DNA from: Octopus bimaculoides
Lineage: Eukaryota
Length of the DNA: 64,000 nt
Direction of reading: 5' to 3'
Assembly: GCF_001194135.2 (NCBI RefSeq)
Contig: NC_068982.1
Span: 175,483,934 to 175,547,933, forward strand
The position numbers and the translations under genes were made by a program. Below the pieces are notes generated by a model, which worked only from the letters and a program-made list of their open reading frames with translations, searched no databases and had not been told where the DNA came from. This document shows, in pieces, positions 39,611 to 53,683 of this stretch (positions within the stretch are counted from its first letter, which is position 1; each line of letters opens with the position of its first letter).

Positions 39611-39964
39611 ATATATACACATGCATACACACACACATATATATATGTATTTATATATGTATATAAGGATAAAGGTGAAACCAAATATTGAAATTATGAA
39701 TGCAGTTAATGCACATGTTTCTAAGCAGTTATGTAAGATAACCCTTACATAACTACTAGAAACGTGTGTATTAAATGCATTTAAAATATTCAACAATTGG
39801 TTTTGTGTCTTTATACTCATATTATGCATCTTCTTTTCACAACCATCTAACCTTTGAGAATATTAGTTAATACAACAAAGTTATAGGAGTGTAATGATTA
39901 ATTGGACTTGAGTTAAAAGGTTCTGGTAAAGTATATTGCATCAAACCACAACACTACATACACA

Positions 39965-40127
39965 CATCATCATCATCATCATCATCATCGTTTAATGTCC
40001 GCTTTCCATGCTAGCATGGGTTGGACGATTTGACTGAGGACTGGTGAAACCGGATGACAACACCAGGCTCCAATCTAATTTGGCAGAGTTTCTACAGCTG
40101 GATGCCCTTCCTAACGCCAACCACTCG
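39965..40127 (-). mobile_element. RTE 3' UTR tail, young and short
   Basis: Nearly identical to 17793-17945. Confidence 0.85.
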
Positions 40128-41689
40128 GCTATGTGGTTTGTTATGCAACCAGGTATTTGGGGTTCAGCCTCACTAGCACTTTGAACAAGTATCCTTCTGC
40201 TATGGAATTCTGGGTAGTAGATTTAATAGACTGAAGCTGAAAGAAACCAGACATGTGTGTGTGCAATGAAAATTATATTAGTGAAAACAATATAAAATAT
40301 TTAAAGATTATACACATGAACTTATACATACATGTGAATCTGTACACACACACATGTATGCATGCATGTGTGTGCATTTCCTAGAATAAATTCAGCATTT
40401 TCCTTGCATCTTCATTTAGATTAGTAAATCATAAATAGATACAGAAATGTACACAAAAATGTGAAAAACAAGTTTTCTAAATATATATATATACATATCT
40501 ATACAAACACAAGCATATTCATACAAAAACCTGCATGATCCTGATATTTATCATAAGCTTCTCTTTTCACAGTACTAACTCGAGATTTATGATACCACAT
40601 AAATTCACATTTATACCAATAATTATTAGGTACATTTGGGTATGTTGGTAAATGTATAATTGACAATGTGGAAAAGCTAAGATTATTGGGCTAAGAAAGT
40701 GACCAGCTAATAAACACTTAAGAGATGCAACCAGTAAGAATAGTAAAATTAAACAAGACTTTTCTTAAGTCCAACCTATCATCGTTATCATAGAAATACT
40801 GGTAATGGAAGTTTGCTTCTTTGCTAGAAGCAAGCGCTTTTTTTTTTTTGTAAAAAGAAATCAAATATTTAAAAAAGGAAGAAAACAAATACATTTAATC
40901 ATTTTTACATGTACATGTATGCATAAGTGAAAAGAAAACTACACCAATGGAATAATTGATAAAAAAGGAAACAAATATTCAACAAGCAAACCCTATATTT
41001 CAATCACCACAACCAAGACAATCTCTATTCTCAAACTGATGAAAGAATAGTAAAATATTCAAACATTAAATTAAAAGTTGCAAAAAAAAGAAGAAAAAAT
41101 CCCCCAGAAAAAGAAACTTTGTAGTACTTACATATTTTAATATGGCAAGAAAAGTATTCCAAATGATTGTATAGGTAACTGTCAAATAAAAACATGAAAG
41201 AAAATATATAAATAAGTAAACAAAAATGTATTTATGAATTATTTTGTTACCTCTCTCTCTCATGAGAGGGGTAACAGTTTCATGAATGAAAATTCTGTTG
41301 TTTGACCAACTGAATTACTTGCTCATTGAATTAACATGCAAGTGGTTGAGCATTCCATAGACAGGTGTACCTTTAACATAATTCACAGAGTGTGACAAAA
41401 CTATATCTTTGAATTACAGCTACAATCCATACAATGGGTTTCTATACAGTTTCCATCTATCCAACTTTACTGACAGTGTATGGGACAACCCTCAGCTGTG
41501 AAAAATGTCAAGTATCCAAGATGCTATGCAGTGGGACTGACATAGCATGTTGCAAAGTGAGCTTCTTAATAATTTGGGTATATTGTACCAGTACACACAC
41601 ATAAACACATACATACACACACATGGGTGGAAGGGAAAACTAGAGGTGGAAATTAGGTGAGGAGACCAATCCCAGGTTTGCCTAGATGG

Positions 41690-41950
41690 GACGGTCTTCC
41701 TGAGTACTGCATACTACAAATCATTCTGCCATTTGTCCTTTTCTCCATGAGGTTCAAAGTCCTGTGATTAGCCTTCACTACTGAGTTCCATGTCTTCTGG
41801 GGTTTCCCCTCTTCCACAAGTTCCATCCATTTGCAGTGATCAGCACTTTTTTATACAGCTGTCCGCATTCATATGCATCACATGTCCATATCAGTGCAGT
41901 TTTCTTTCTTGTACACTACATCCAATTCCTCTTATGTCTAATTTTGCTCT
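41690..41950 (-). mobile_element. RTE ORF C-terminal fragment
   Basis: Minus RKLH*YGHVMHMNADSCIKKC*SLQMDGTCGRGKPQKTW (cf. RLRWYGHV...GRGRPRKTW). Confidence 0.8.
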
Positions 41951-41964
41951 CAATATATTTCATC

Positions 41965-42270
41965 ATCACCATCATCATTTAACATTCGTTGTCCTTGCTG
42001 GCATGGGTTGGAAGGTTTGACCAGGGCTGGTAAGCAGGAAGGTTGCACCAGAATCCAGTCTGATTTGGCATGGTTTCTATGGCTGGATGCCTTTCCTAAC
42101 ACCAAACACTCAGAGTATAACGGGTGCTTTTATGTGCCAGTTGCGTGATACCAGTATCTGCTACGACTGTGATTTTACTTGGCTTGACGGGTCTTCTTCT
42201 CAAGCATAACATAATGCTAAAAGTCTTAGTCATTGCCTCTGTGAGGCCCAACACTTGAAAGGAGCTTTTT
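41965..42270 (-). mobile_element. Older RTE ORF end and 3' UTR
   Basis: (CAT)n tail, ggctggatgcctttcc motif, and gtcattgcctctgtgaggcc ORF-end sequence shared with 42830-42852. Confidence 0.7.
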
Positions 42271-42274
42271 ACAT

Positions 42275-42860
42275 GGGTTGGACGATTTGACTGAGGACTG
42301 ACGAACTAGATGGCCTGCACCAGGCTCCAATCTGATCTGGCAAAGTTTTTACAGTTGGATGCCCTTCCTAACAACAACCTCTCCAAGAGTGTAATGGGTG
42401 CTTTTACGTGCCACCGGTACGAGGGCCAGTCAGGAAGTACTGGCAATGGCCACGCTCAAGTGGTGTTTTTTACGTGCCACCTGCACAGGAGCCAGTCCAG
42501 CGGCACTGGCAATGACCTCGCTCGAGGGCCAGTAAGGCAGCACTGGTAACAAACACGTTCGAATGGTGCTTTTTACGTGCCTCCAGCACGGAAGCCAGTG
42601 AGCTGCTCTCAGCGCTCCATTGGCATGGGTGCCAGTCACCGAATTTGCGAATTTGATTTGATTTCAATTTCACTTGTCTCAATAGGTTTTTGCAAGCAGA
42701 GTTTAGTGTCCAATGAAGGAAAGTACGCATAAGTGGGCTGGTTACACCTCTGGCATAGGCCACTTGTTATGGTCTCACTTGGCTTGCCAGGTCTTCTCAT
42801 GCACAGCATATTTCCAAAGGTTTTGGTCACTAGTCATTGCCTCGGTGAGGCCTAATGTTT
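42275..42860 (-). mobile_element. RTE ORF end plus long 3' UTR with tandem units
   Basis: Minus GLTEAMTSDQNLWKYAVHEKTWQAK* (stop at 42775-42777) continues directly into the 67-nt-unit family. Confidence 0.85.
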
Positions 42861-43380
42861 GATATTTGATTAGTTGTTCCTCTTCATTGTCTCCTTCTAC
42901 ACACAAGATAAAACTCCCACTTTATTGCAATTTGTCCTTGTAATGCCCACCCACCATTATAAAAAAAAAAAAAAATCATCCTTATTAGTTGACTCAAATA
43001 ACAACCAACTGAAAATAACATACTGCACACAGTGTTTTCATTTTAAACATCACTTTCTAATATTTATTTATTAGTTTGTTTATCTATTTACTTTTGCCAA
43101 CTCTATGAAATATTAGCAACTAGGTTGCAATGTCCTGTGCTGCCAAAAACAACAATCTTTTTAAATGTCGGGCAATGACACCGAGTCTTGCTGAAGGCAC
43201 TCCACCACCAGACAAATCTAACCAGCAACAATGCAAAACCACCCCAGTCACTTAATAAAATCTTCCCTCCTTTGCTGAATGGAGAAGCAAGCACAAATAA
43301 CTGCACAGTGAAAACATATTTGACTGAACTGTTTGGCTATCTATCTGTCTGCTTCCCCTTTTGTGTGTGTGTGGTGTGTA

Positions 43381-43414
<34 letters not shown>

Positions 43415-43599
43415 CATATGTACACACACACACACACACACAACGTTATTAGCAAATTTTCCTATGTTTTGATTAACTTTAAAGGTTGCTGGCAATGACA
43501 GTGCAGAAAATGTCATCTGTTAGAGGAAGAATAAGCTGCAGACTTGTGGTGCTAACACAACCTAACTGAAAGTGCATGCATGAACATTAAAGACCCTTG

Positions 43600-43790
43600 T
43601 AAGTTAGTCACTGATACCACTGCCACCACTACCACCACCACCACCACAGTCACCACCATTATTCCTACTACCATTGCCGCTATCACTGCTGTCTCTACTT
43701 TCACCAGTGTAACCACTACAACCACTACAACTATTATTACTACTATCACTACTGCCATAACCACTACCAACAAGACCATTATTTTCAACA
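43600..43790. repeat. Degenerate (ACC/ACT)n low-complexity tract
   Basis: Explains the poly-T and poly-V ORFs. Similar tracts: (GAT/AAT)n at 10820-11070 and 54040-54300, (ACCATT)n at 3281-3318, (AGT)n at 28381-28415. Confidence 0.9.
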
Positions 43791-44439
43791 TCATCTTCAG
43801 TTCCACAGAAACCTATTGATTAAATATTTAACATTGAAGAAACATTGAAAACAAATTGTTTCATATTAAGAAAATAAATTAAATTCTTTTTTTTTAATAA
43901 TTAATCGAGAGATACTCAAATTCTTATGACTACACTCCTATTATTTTCGTTTTTATTATTATTTTTATTATGCACATTACTGTCATCATTTAACATCCGT
44001 TCTCCATGATGGAATGGGTTGGACAGTTTGATAGGAGCTGGCAAGTAAAAAGACTGTTAAGCTTTACTATCTGCACTGGCATGGTTTCTATAACTGGATG
44101 CCCTACCCTCTTCATCATAAAACCCACCATCTCCACCATATTTGAATGCTTTGGTTTGCTTAGCCATCAACCCTCTCAAGAAAGGATTGAAAGTTACAAC
44201 ATCTCATCTTAGAATACCGGAAGATATCCTCATTCACAACAATACAATTATTATCATTGTTGTTAATGCTAATGTCCTTACAATCATCACTGACTACTTC
44301 ATTTCCCTTATACTGTTAATGCTTATAAGAAAGCCTACATTGTACTCCAGTCTCTGAAAACATCTCGGGTTTGGTGACTGCAAAATATCCTTAGCATCCT
44401 CAGGAAAGGCTTTAATCTCACAACTAAACACTCTTCCTC

Positions 44440-46240
44440 CATCATTGCAACTGCCATCATTATTGGCATTTTATGCTTGTTTTTCTAAACTCGCAAGAGT
44501 TGGACAGGTCTTCAGTACCGGGTTGTGTCACTTGTTGCAGTTATTTGCCATCTCTGTTGTGAGGTTCAATCTCTTAAAATCAACTTTCATAACTTTTTAC
44601 CGTATCATATTTCATCTTCCTTTCTTTCACTTGGATTGCTCCATGTCTTTACTAAACCATCATCTCCCATATGCATCACATGTTCACATTGATGAACTCT
44701 ACACTTTTCATATGCTATATCTAAATCCTCTTATATCCAGTTATCCTCTCAGCTCAGTTTTTGCTTCATCATTCATACATATCAACATTACACATCCTGT
44801 GAAATATGCATTCATTTCTTTTCAGCCTTCACATTTTCCCTGTTCAATGTCCTTGTTTTTCTGGTATTCAACACTCACTTACACAAAAGCATCATAAAAT
44901 CTATCCTTTCCCCAGAAAGAATTCCTCTGTTGACTGTATAAGTAATTTTTTTCTACTTTGCTTTTACCCTGGATACTATGCTTTTGGAACATTATCTTTC
45001 ATTCACTGTTAATTAGGTCACTAGGTAAGAGAAGCTATCAGGTATTTTTTTTTTATATATATCATAGCTGAATAGCTATGATAAAAAGAAGGCGTAACTG
45101 AGAATTGAGCTCTGGTAAGACACCTATTTGCATGCCAGATTCTCTACTGAACTCATTGCTAACTCTCATGCAGATAATATCTCTCCATACAGTTTGTACA
45201 TTTCTTGCAAACCACTCATTTATACCTACTTCTCTCAGCATTATTCAGACTGCAGTGCATGAAACTTCAACAAAGGCCTTCTCCCACAATGAATGCTTAG
45301 TCTTTACCAAAAACTTATCCAATAGATATCTCACTAAAAAGAGAACACAAACTTGAACTATGCTTTATCTAAGCTGATTTTCTTCTTAATTAGTTGTGCT
45401 GTAACTCTTTTTGTTACTTTCATCACTTGTTTAATTAATTTGATGCTTCTGAGGATATTGTGAATAATCTCTTCCTGTACAACCTGTTGACTGTGCAAGT
45501 AACTGGTGTATATCTTACATCACTGAATATTTTCAGCATCTTAGTGCTTCCCTGAAAGTGGAGTTGCTTTCCTTGCCTTCACATCCTTAATGACCAAATG
45601 GCTACTTTAAACATATCTCACACGATTTCAATAGCCGACAGCCATGTTGAGTCTCCTTGGGATTGTTTCATCTCTCCCATAAATTCTTTTATTCAGCAGT
45701 TTCTTGCAGCAGTATTTCCATGCCATTTTCATCTTGGCATCAGTGAAGGCATGTGCAGCTATGATAACAAACATTTTACTTACACCATCTTGATTTATAC
45801 TGCCATACGACTTTGTAATCCCAAATACTTCACACTTCTGATCCTCATGTCATAGAACATTGACAAATTTCTTACTTTCTGCTTCACTTCTTGCTATGTA
45901 CCATTGATGTTTAGCTTCTGTCATAGCTACATGTTGTTATCTTTTCCAAGCATTTTATGGCTCTGTCTACTATATTATTCCCTATGTCACCAGGTTGAGA
46001 CCTTGCTCCAGCCATAGATGTGGTCTCTGCCTCACAACATGTCTTACAGAAACTCTCAGTTTTCTTCTATATTACATGTCTCTTGTCTCTTCCTCTGCTG
46101 CAAAATGTATTTCACCTAGTACTCATTTAGTATCTATGTACCTCAATGTTCTCGTGTACAACACTGTTTTTAAATCAAATCCTTTCTTTAGAAATCTAAA
46201 TGTGAACAATGAACAAATGTCTACATTTAAACAGAACACA
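44440..46240 (-). mobile_element. Long degenerate RTE LINE (~1.8 kb, RT region and C-terminus)
   Basis: Minus remnants NNIVDRAI, KTKHSLWEKAFVEV, MLREVGINEWF, VSNEFSRESGMQIGD; many stops and frameshifts. Confidence 0.7.
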
Positions 46241-47310
46241 GGTGCATAATTAAAGAAAATACAAAAACCTGATAAAAATCTGACAAACTGTATACCAGAG
46301 TTCCACCTTTTTTTTATTTCTAGTCTTTTTGAATCAGTAATGAAACTTGTAGGTAAATATAAACATTAACAATGTTTTTATTTTCTCATTATAGCTTACA
46401 TTTCTCCAACATTGAGAGTTGTTTCTCTACATATTTTCAACCAAAGGCAGACTAGTCACCCTGTTAATCATCTATGGGTAAACTCTGATGATCCAGTTAC
46501 GTACATCCAATTAATATGTAGCTAATGGCATATCAACATGCAACATTTCAGATTGTAACTTTTGTTTGTAAATTTTGATTGAGCAAACCTATAATCAAAT
46601 GTGTTGTAACCAGGATGATATTCTTTAACGGTATTCAGAACTACATTGTCTCATATGTCCATTTTATAACATAGTAATGCATGATTTGAGAGATATATGG
46701 AAATATTTCTAATAGGTTAAATGATCATAGGTTTTTTTTTTTTTTTGGTCATGTACTGAGAGTGGAAATGGTAGCAGCTGATATTTTTCAATAATCATAA
46801 TGCTAGCAAGTTAAATTAAATGTGAAATGCTGGCAGAAGGCCACACAATTTGACAGTTGATGAAAGTTGATGAAATCCTCCCTGGCACTTGAAATGGTGC
46901 TTATGTCACCCACTACCTAGATAATAATAATTATAATCAAGACGATAATGATTTCTTGCATTGGGATAAAACCACAGGCTTATAAAGGAACAGTGTAATT
47001 CACAGAATTGGTCCCAGTACATGTCTGTTAAATATTCTAGATGTAGAGATGCAGTTAAGGCATTCAGGCTAACAAGCTACCATTTCTGTCAATCCCAATG
47101 ACCTTTCCAAAAGCTGTTGACTTAATATCTGTCTCAAGAGCATTAACAGTATAAGTAAGTCAAATGGCTTCAACAAGTGATAAATCTATACTACAGTCTT
47201 AGCATTCCAGGAGCTGGCTCTTGTACCACAATACTATGTGAGTGGTGACTATAAAATACCAGGGGTTGTAATTTTGTGATGGTGAAATTAACTGAATGAT
47301 GGCCTCCCAA

Positions 47311-47640
47311 CCTCTTTGGTCATGAATGACCATGGCATTGCACCTAGAAAGTTGCCCTCTGAGGTACATGTCTGGGCAAGATCGTTTATGGAGGGCCAGT
47401 AGTCATCCACGCATACCAGCCTCCCCTCTCCATGCCACCAATGTTATCCAAGGGAAAAACAAAAGCCAATACAGCTTGGCACCAGTGATATTGCAAGTCA
47501 CCTCTACAGATGAGTGAACTGGAGTAACGAGAAATGAAGTGTCTTGCTGAAGAACACAACACACAACCAGGTCTGGGAATTGAACTCACAACCTCATGAT
47601 TGTGAACCTGATGCTCTAACCACTGAGTCATGCACCTTCA
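47311..47640 (-). mobile_element. tRNA-derived SINE, near full length
   Basis: Collinear with 35011-35338. Confidence 0.85.
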
Positions 47641-48712
47641 TTAGCCATGACAGAAATTTTGATGGTATTGGTGAGTACGATTATCCTAATATCAACAGTG
47701 ATGCTTATGATGAAAGCGTTGATGAAGCAGATGAAATGACAACTAAATATTTGTACATCACTGCTTTATGACTTACTATGGCCTTTAACACAGAATATCC
47801 TAGTGTAAATACCACTCTACTTGTGTGAATATGTATATATATATGCCTACATACTTGTGTATTTGTTTCTGACTTTTGTGCACAATATGCATGAATGCAT
47901 GTATTTAAAGGGGTGAGAGACAATAAATGAACGGAAGATGTTTGTTAATTGTGCATATATGTAGTGTCTTCGATATATTTGTGAATGTGCTGTGCATAAG
48001 AAAGTGTTTGTATCAACGTGCATAAGTGTATTTATCTATGTATGCATGTATGCATCTGTAGAGCACATTAAAGACATATTGTGTGCAGTTTATGTGTGTG
48101 AGTGTTTGAGAGAGAGAGTGTGTGTGTATGTGTGTGTGTGTGAGTGTAGCAATTATGTTTTGTGTTGATTATGGGTACGTATGCATATTTGCATTAATTG
48201 TGAATGTTGTGTGGATTGTGGATGCTGATTATGTCAGATGATATGTTTACATTTATGTGCATGTGTGTGAGAATGTGCATATTTGCATATACGTGCATGT
48301 GTGTGTGCACATGTGAACATAAATGTGAGGTCTTGGCAATGTATTACATGAAATGTTTTTAAATGTGGATGTGTGACTGCATTTCTATGTGTATTTATGA
48401 GATTACCATGCATCATGTGATTACTCAAAGTCAGCCCTGATCAAGCAGACCTATGACCAAGGGCATCTAGCTATGATCATTCTGTCTTCCCTTTTCAGAC
48501 ATGCTATCCAGTGTCCACTTTTTAAATACTATAGCAGGTGATTTGAAGGAGATTCAGTTGCTATATCTATCAGGTCAAATGACTATGTATTATATATATT
48601 TTTTTTGTGTGTGTATGTGCAGTGTGCGTGAGAGAGAGAGAGAGAGAGAGAGATAATGGGGGAAGAGAGAGAGAAAGAGAGAGAGAGAGANNNNNNNNNN
48701 AGATAATGGGGG

Positions 48713-48759
<47 letters not shown>

Positions 48760-48879
48760 ACACACACACACACAGACCTATGTACTCAAGAAGACATATA
48801 CTCCACTGCAGAAGTGCTAAAGCCACTGCCCCTGGTAAAGAGGATCAGCCTGCAAAAGTCCTGTGTTGGGGTCAAGTAA

Positions 48880-49503
48880 AAAGCACTTGTGCCGGTGCCA
48901 TGTCAAAACAATCATGTGATGGCATGAAAAAAAGCACCCAGCACACTCTGTAAAGTGACTGACATTAGGAAGGGCACCCAGCCGTAGAAACCATGCTAAA
49001 TCAGACTGGAGTCTGGTGCAGCCTCCCCATCTTGCTAGCTCTGGTCAAACCATCCAGCCAGCGCTGGATTAACCATTAAGCAAAATAAGCACATGCTTAG
49101 GAATCAAGGGATGGGGACACCACAGAAATGAAAATGGTCCGCCACATGAAAGAAATCACTTTAAACTTGCTAAAGTAATATTCGTAATATAGAAGCAGAA
49201 GTTTTACATAAAATTAATTTTAACGATATCATCGAAGACTTTTCAATTAAAAGTGGAAGCAAACAAAAATAAACATTATTTTCCATCTTACTCTTAATTT
49301 TGTTACATTTTTGAAAAATAAGAATTTGTTTTATGGGTTATTATTGTTTACATTTTGAATCATTTTTGTTTACATTTTGAACCATTTACGTATACTTGAG
49401 GGCACCAAAACCTTTTAAGTGTTTAGTACCTCTATGTGCCTTAATCTGGCTCTGCATCCAACCCATGCCAACAAGAAACACTGAAATTAAATGATGATGA
49501 TGA
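48880..49503 (+). mobile_element. RTE-type 3' UTR copy interrupted by a hAT element
   Basis: gcacccagcacactctgtaaagtg...ttaggaagggcacccagc...catcca|acccatgcc...(GAT)n. Confidence 0.75.
49059..49454 (+). mobile_element. hAT non-autonomous element with 8-bp TSD and transposase C-terminal remnant
   Basis: TIRs cagcgctggattaa / ttaatctggctctg (11/14); TSD catccagc / catccaac; 49177-49272 reads NIRNIEAEVLHKINFNDIIEDFSIK, like the hAT dimerization tail. Confidence 0.8.
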
Positions 49504-51628
49504 TATATGTGTAATATGTGTGTGTGTGCATATAATACAATTCAGTATGGGATAAATCCATAGATTTTAGCCATCACTGCATTTATAAATTAATTAAATA
49601 TATCAATTTACTTGATATGTGGAAACATATTCCTTTTTCTTTTTGATTTCTTTTGCAGTCTTAAAGGAATATTATGTGTTACATTTGAATAAACATTTTG
49701 TGCATGCATGTCACGTATAATAATTCAGTTAGGTGGTAGTGTACTAAATGACATATAAAAAAAATTCTCAATGAATTGAAATTTGCCACTTAATTGCAGA
49801 AAGAAACAAAAACCTGGTAGCAATTGTTAACAAATCTTTTAGAAGAAGGGAGATAATTTTCAGCTGTTAAGAATTGATTTCTTTAATTTAATTTAATTTT
49901 TATGGTTATTTGTGTTGTGCTTTCTATTGTGAGGTCTGTATGTTTAGATGTGAATCTGAATGTATAAGTCAATATGCAAATGTATCATTGCATGCCTCTG
50001 TGTGTGCATGCATGTGCATACGTGTGTATGTATGTGTATGTTTGTTTGTATGCGCCTGTGTGAAATTACAAAACTTTAAATTGATAAATCAGCATTTGCT
50101 GCTCAGAAGCGAAAATTCAGAATTTCATGTATACAAAGGAATATAATTTCCTATTTATGGATGCTGCCACCAGAACCGTAATCATCACTGTAATGATGGC
50201 CACTAATGAGTCCAATCCCTATCACTTCTCACCACTCTTCCAATTACAGCAAATATTCCATTAAAACATATAAACAAGAAATACTGTGAATGAGGAATTT
50301 CAGATAGAAACCTTCTAATTTGAATTTTTTCAGTTTTTTAAAACATTGTATAGCTTACAACATTATGTATGTGTGTATTTGTGTGAGTGTGCATATTTAT
50401 GTGTATATGTGGGACACTTATCATGTAGGTATAATTTATGTAATTTACCTAAAGAATTCTAATATAAATGAAGAGCAATGAGACACATGGCAAAAAAGAA
50501 ATAAATACATAAATAGAAGATATTCAATAATCCACCTTATGTAATTATGATTTCACACATTGGCTCAAAGACAAATATTTGAAGAAGAGGTTTAGCTTGG
50601 AGAGATGGAAAGTCAATTGCAGCGAGATGTGGAGTCAGAAATGAAACATTATGTAACAAAATACTGAAATGCTATTCACAAATCCCCTGCTCTTCCAGTT
50701 TAAATCATAATGATTTCTATCAGACACAAGGCCAAAATTTCAAGTTGTGCATGCTATAAATAGCTATAAGCTACTGTTTCCCTTTATGGTCAAGAAAATT
50801 GGTAATCACAGATGAGTAATTACAGGGTTAAAATCTGGTGACAGTTTGGAGTAGACTCTGATGGATCAATTTTGAGTGAGGCCAGAGGATAAACTGCCAA
50901 GTCTAGTGGTGGGAGGGCATTGAATTCTACTGGGACATAGAAGATTTATTTAGAAAAGGAATACTGAGAATAATGCCTGCACAGCAGACAAGTGGTATGA
51001 AGCAATATAATTGACAATACAGGCAATTTTTTTTACCTTTAATTCTTCTCAATGTTTATTGATTGGCATAGTCAAATTAACTGATGGTCTCAATATCATA
51101 TGCTTATAGTCTTTATTTGGTAACCAAAGGTTATATGCAACAGATTAGGAGATTAAACACTTTGAAACTACTCATATGAATGAGCCTTTTTTAGGGAAGT
51201 TTCATAAACAGCTTAGTTACTGACAGAGTATTAGAATGTATAAAGCATACAGGTCAATTGAAGATGGAGTAGAAACAAATGCTCACATTTGAAAAGATAT
51301 TCATTTTTCTTACACTGGAAACAAGCAGTATACCAGGGCTAGATACAAGTTGCAAAAATGTCATGGAAAATTTCATCAAGGAACAGATGTGCTAGATGTC
51401 CTTTTAGAAACCTGATTAATTTCAGAATTCAAAAATTCTTAAGTCATCTTGATGGAAGCAAATTTTCTACTTCAAGAGCAGAACGATAAGCTTGAGAATA
51501 TTTCATAGTCATTTCCAATGTATAGACATGATTTATGACTGAAGTCAAAGCTAGAGTTTTATTTTCTAGTAGGCTAGTTTGTATACGGGCAAGGGAGATT
51601 CGATTTATGAATGAGTCACTAATACTTT

Positions 51629-51925
51629 GGAGATGCATGGCTTAGTGGTTAGAGTATTGGACTCATGATCGTAAGATTGTAGTTTTGATTCCTGGACCAG
51701 GCAATGGGTTGCGTTCTTGAGCAAAACACTTCATTTCATGTAGCTCTAGTCCACTCAGCTGTAGAAATGAGTACCACTAGTGGAGGCGCATTGCTTAGTG
51801 GTTAGGGTGTTGGATTCATGACCATAAGATTGTGGTTTCGATCCCTGGACTGGGCAAGCCATTGTGTTCTTGAGCAAAAACTTTTTATTTCATGTTGCTC
51901 CAGTCCACTCAGCTGTAGAAATGAA
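51629..51925 (+). mobile_element. Two tandem tRNA-SINE head+CORE-like units
   Basis: gcttagtggttag...ttcttgagcaaaa...ccactcagctgtagaaatga repeats with a period of about 150 bp. Confidence 0.8.
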
Positions 51926-53354
51926 TTTAGCTGGTCTCTACCAGGCTTTCTCGACCAAGATACGCTGCATGGCTGCAGCGTCACTAATGACCCCCAGATG
52001 GTTAAGGAACTTGTCATCGTCACTAATACATTTTGTTTCTATATGTGTTAGTCAAGAGATCTTAAGTATTGAGTAACAAACTCTGCAAGTAATTGTTTGT
52101 GAGTGACAAGCTTGTGCCACACTACAACTTCTTTTGTTGGCTGAATGAAAGTGACGCACTCAGAAATAATTTCAAAATTTTCTAGAGAAAAGGAGTTTGT
52201 TAGGATCCCTAGATAACATCCACTAGCTCCTTTTGATGTAGTTACATACTGAACGTAATCAAGCAAACAATGTTTAAAGGTGCATGAAACTTCAATTGCT
52301 CTGGGTACCATATTGAGATTTTTAGGTTATATCTATATTCCATTCTGAGAACAAATTCAATCAAATTATAATAATGACAATCAATTTAAATGATTTAAAA
52401 GTCCCACTGACATCTACTGCCAAAACTATAGGATCTGTGGTTTACAGGAGTATTTATAGCAGTAAAAGGTGGGTAGTAAGTGCAGAATTGCATAGCGATA
52501 TGACAACCATTACTATTATTATAAATAACATTATTTACATAAAATTATTACATGCATTTTGATAGTTGCTACCAGAATAACTTTGTGGATCTGCATAGTT
52601 ATGAGTTTATGTATGTTTTTGCTTTTTGTTTCCCAACTCAATTTCATTTAATACATTCTTGTGTGTGAGTGTGTTTATGTATTTGTAGTTTACTTGAACT
52701 GAATAATCCTATCTTGTCACGGAGATACAACTTTTGCAAATAACAAATAAGCAAACATATATACATATTAGCTGGGACACAGGTCAACTTCTATCAGCAA
52801 ATTCTCGCAGCAAGATAGTATGTATGCACCTGAGTGTATGTGTGTGTTTACACATACACATATGCTAACACAAACATACAAACATGTCAATAGATAATTA
52901 TATGAAAGCATGTGGCCTAATGATTAAAAAGTTGGAATCATGAATGCAAGGTTAAGGGTTTGTTTCAGAGATTGGGTGGGATGCTGTATCTTTGAGCAAG
53001 TTACTTCATTTTACGTTGCTTCAGTCTACTTAACTATAAAATGAATACCAGTCAAGTGTTGGGGAAATCCTCTTCTTTGGAGAAGCTAAAAGAGTGTCCA
53101 TATTTGCTCAAAACTATATGGGCATCTCAAACCAAAAGTATGTTATATCTTACCAAATCATATTTGCTCGCAAGCGATGGCCCTGGTTGGTTGGAATATA
53201 TATTAGGTATTATATGTGCGTGCATATAATTAAATATATACACAAACATACATATAGAGGGACTTAAATATTCACATACACAAACAGATATCAAAATCGT
53301 CATCATTTAACACCAGGTTCTCCATGTTGGCATAGATCATATACATACACATCC

Positions 53355-53392
<38 letters not shown>

Positions 53393-53489
53393 TTATATAA
53401 GGGCATTACTATACATGAATGCTTTCCAAACACATGGTTCCAGGTTCAGTCCCACTGCATGGCATCTTAGTCAAGTGTCTTCTACTATA

Positions 53490-53683
53490 TGTGGGAGAAT
53501 GTACGAAAAAAAACAACAACAGACGAGGACAGGTGGTGTAAACAACAAAAGGATGTATTAGTTTGACGCTCAGGAATACAGAAAGTCTTTAACGTTTCGA
53601 GCTACGCTCTTCAACAGAAAGAATACGGAGAAAACAAAGAGAAAAACACGGAGAAAAAAAATTGAATGGTGTTTGGTCAACGA
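53490..53683 (-). mobile_element. 194-bp non-coding PLE-type retroelement with 7-bp TSD
   Basis: TACTATA at 53483-53489 and 53684-53690; relatives at 35439, 39431 and 60589. Confidence 0.8.
53586..53622 (-). ncRNA. Minimal type I hammerhead-like motif (A6 to U)
   Basis: Minus TCTTT-CTGTTGA-A-GAGC-GTA-GCTC-GAAAC-GTT-AAAGA: stem I 5 bp, stem II 4 bp, palindromic ACGT. Confidence 0.55.

Noticed and set aside
48650-48740. Direct repeats either side of 10-N gaps (also 63085-63180)
   Set aside because: Probably unmerged contig overlaps, i.e. assembly artefacts.
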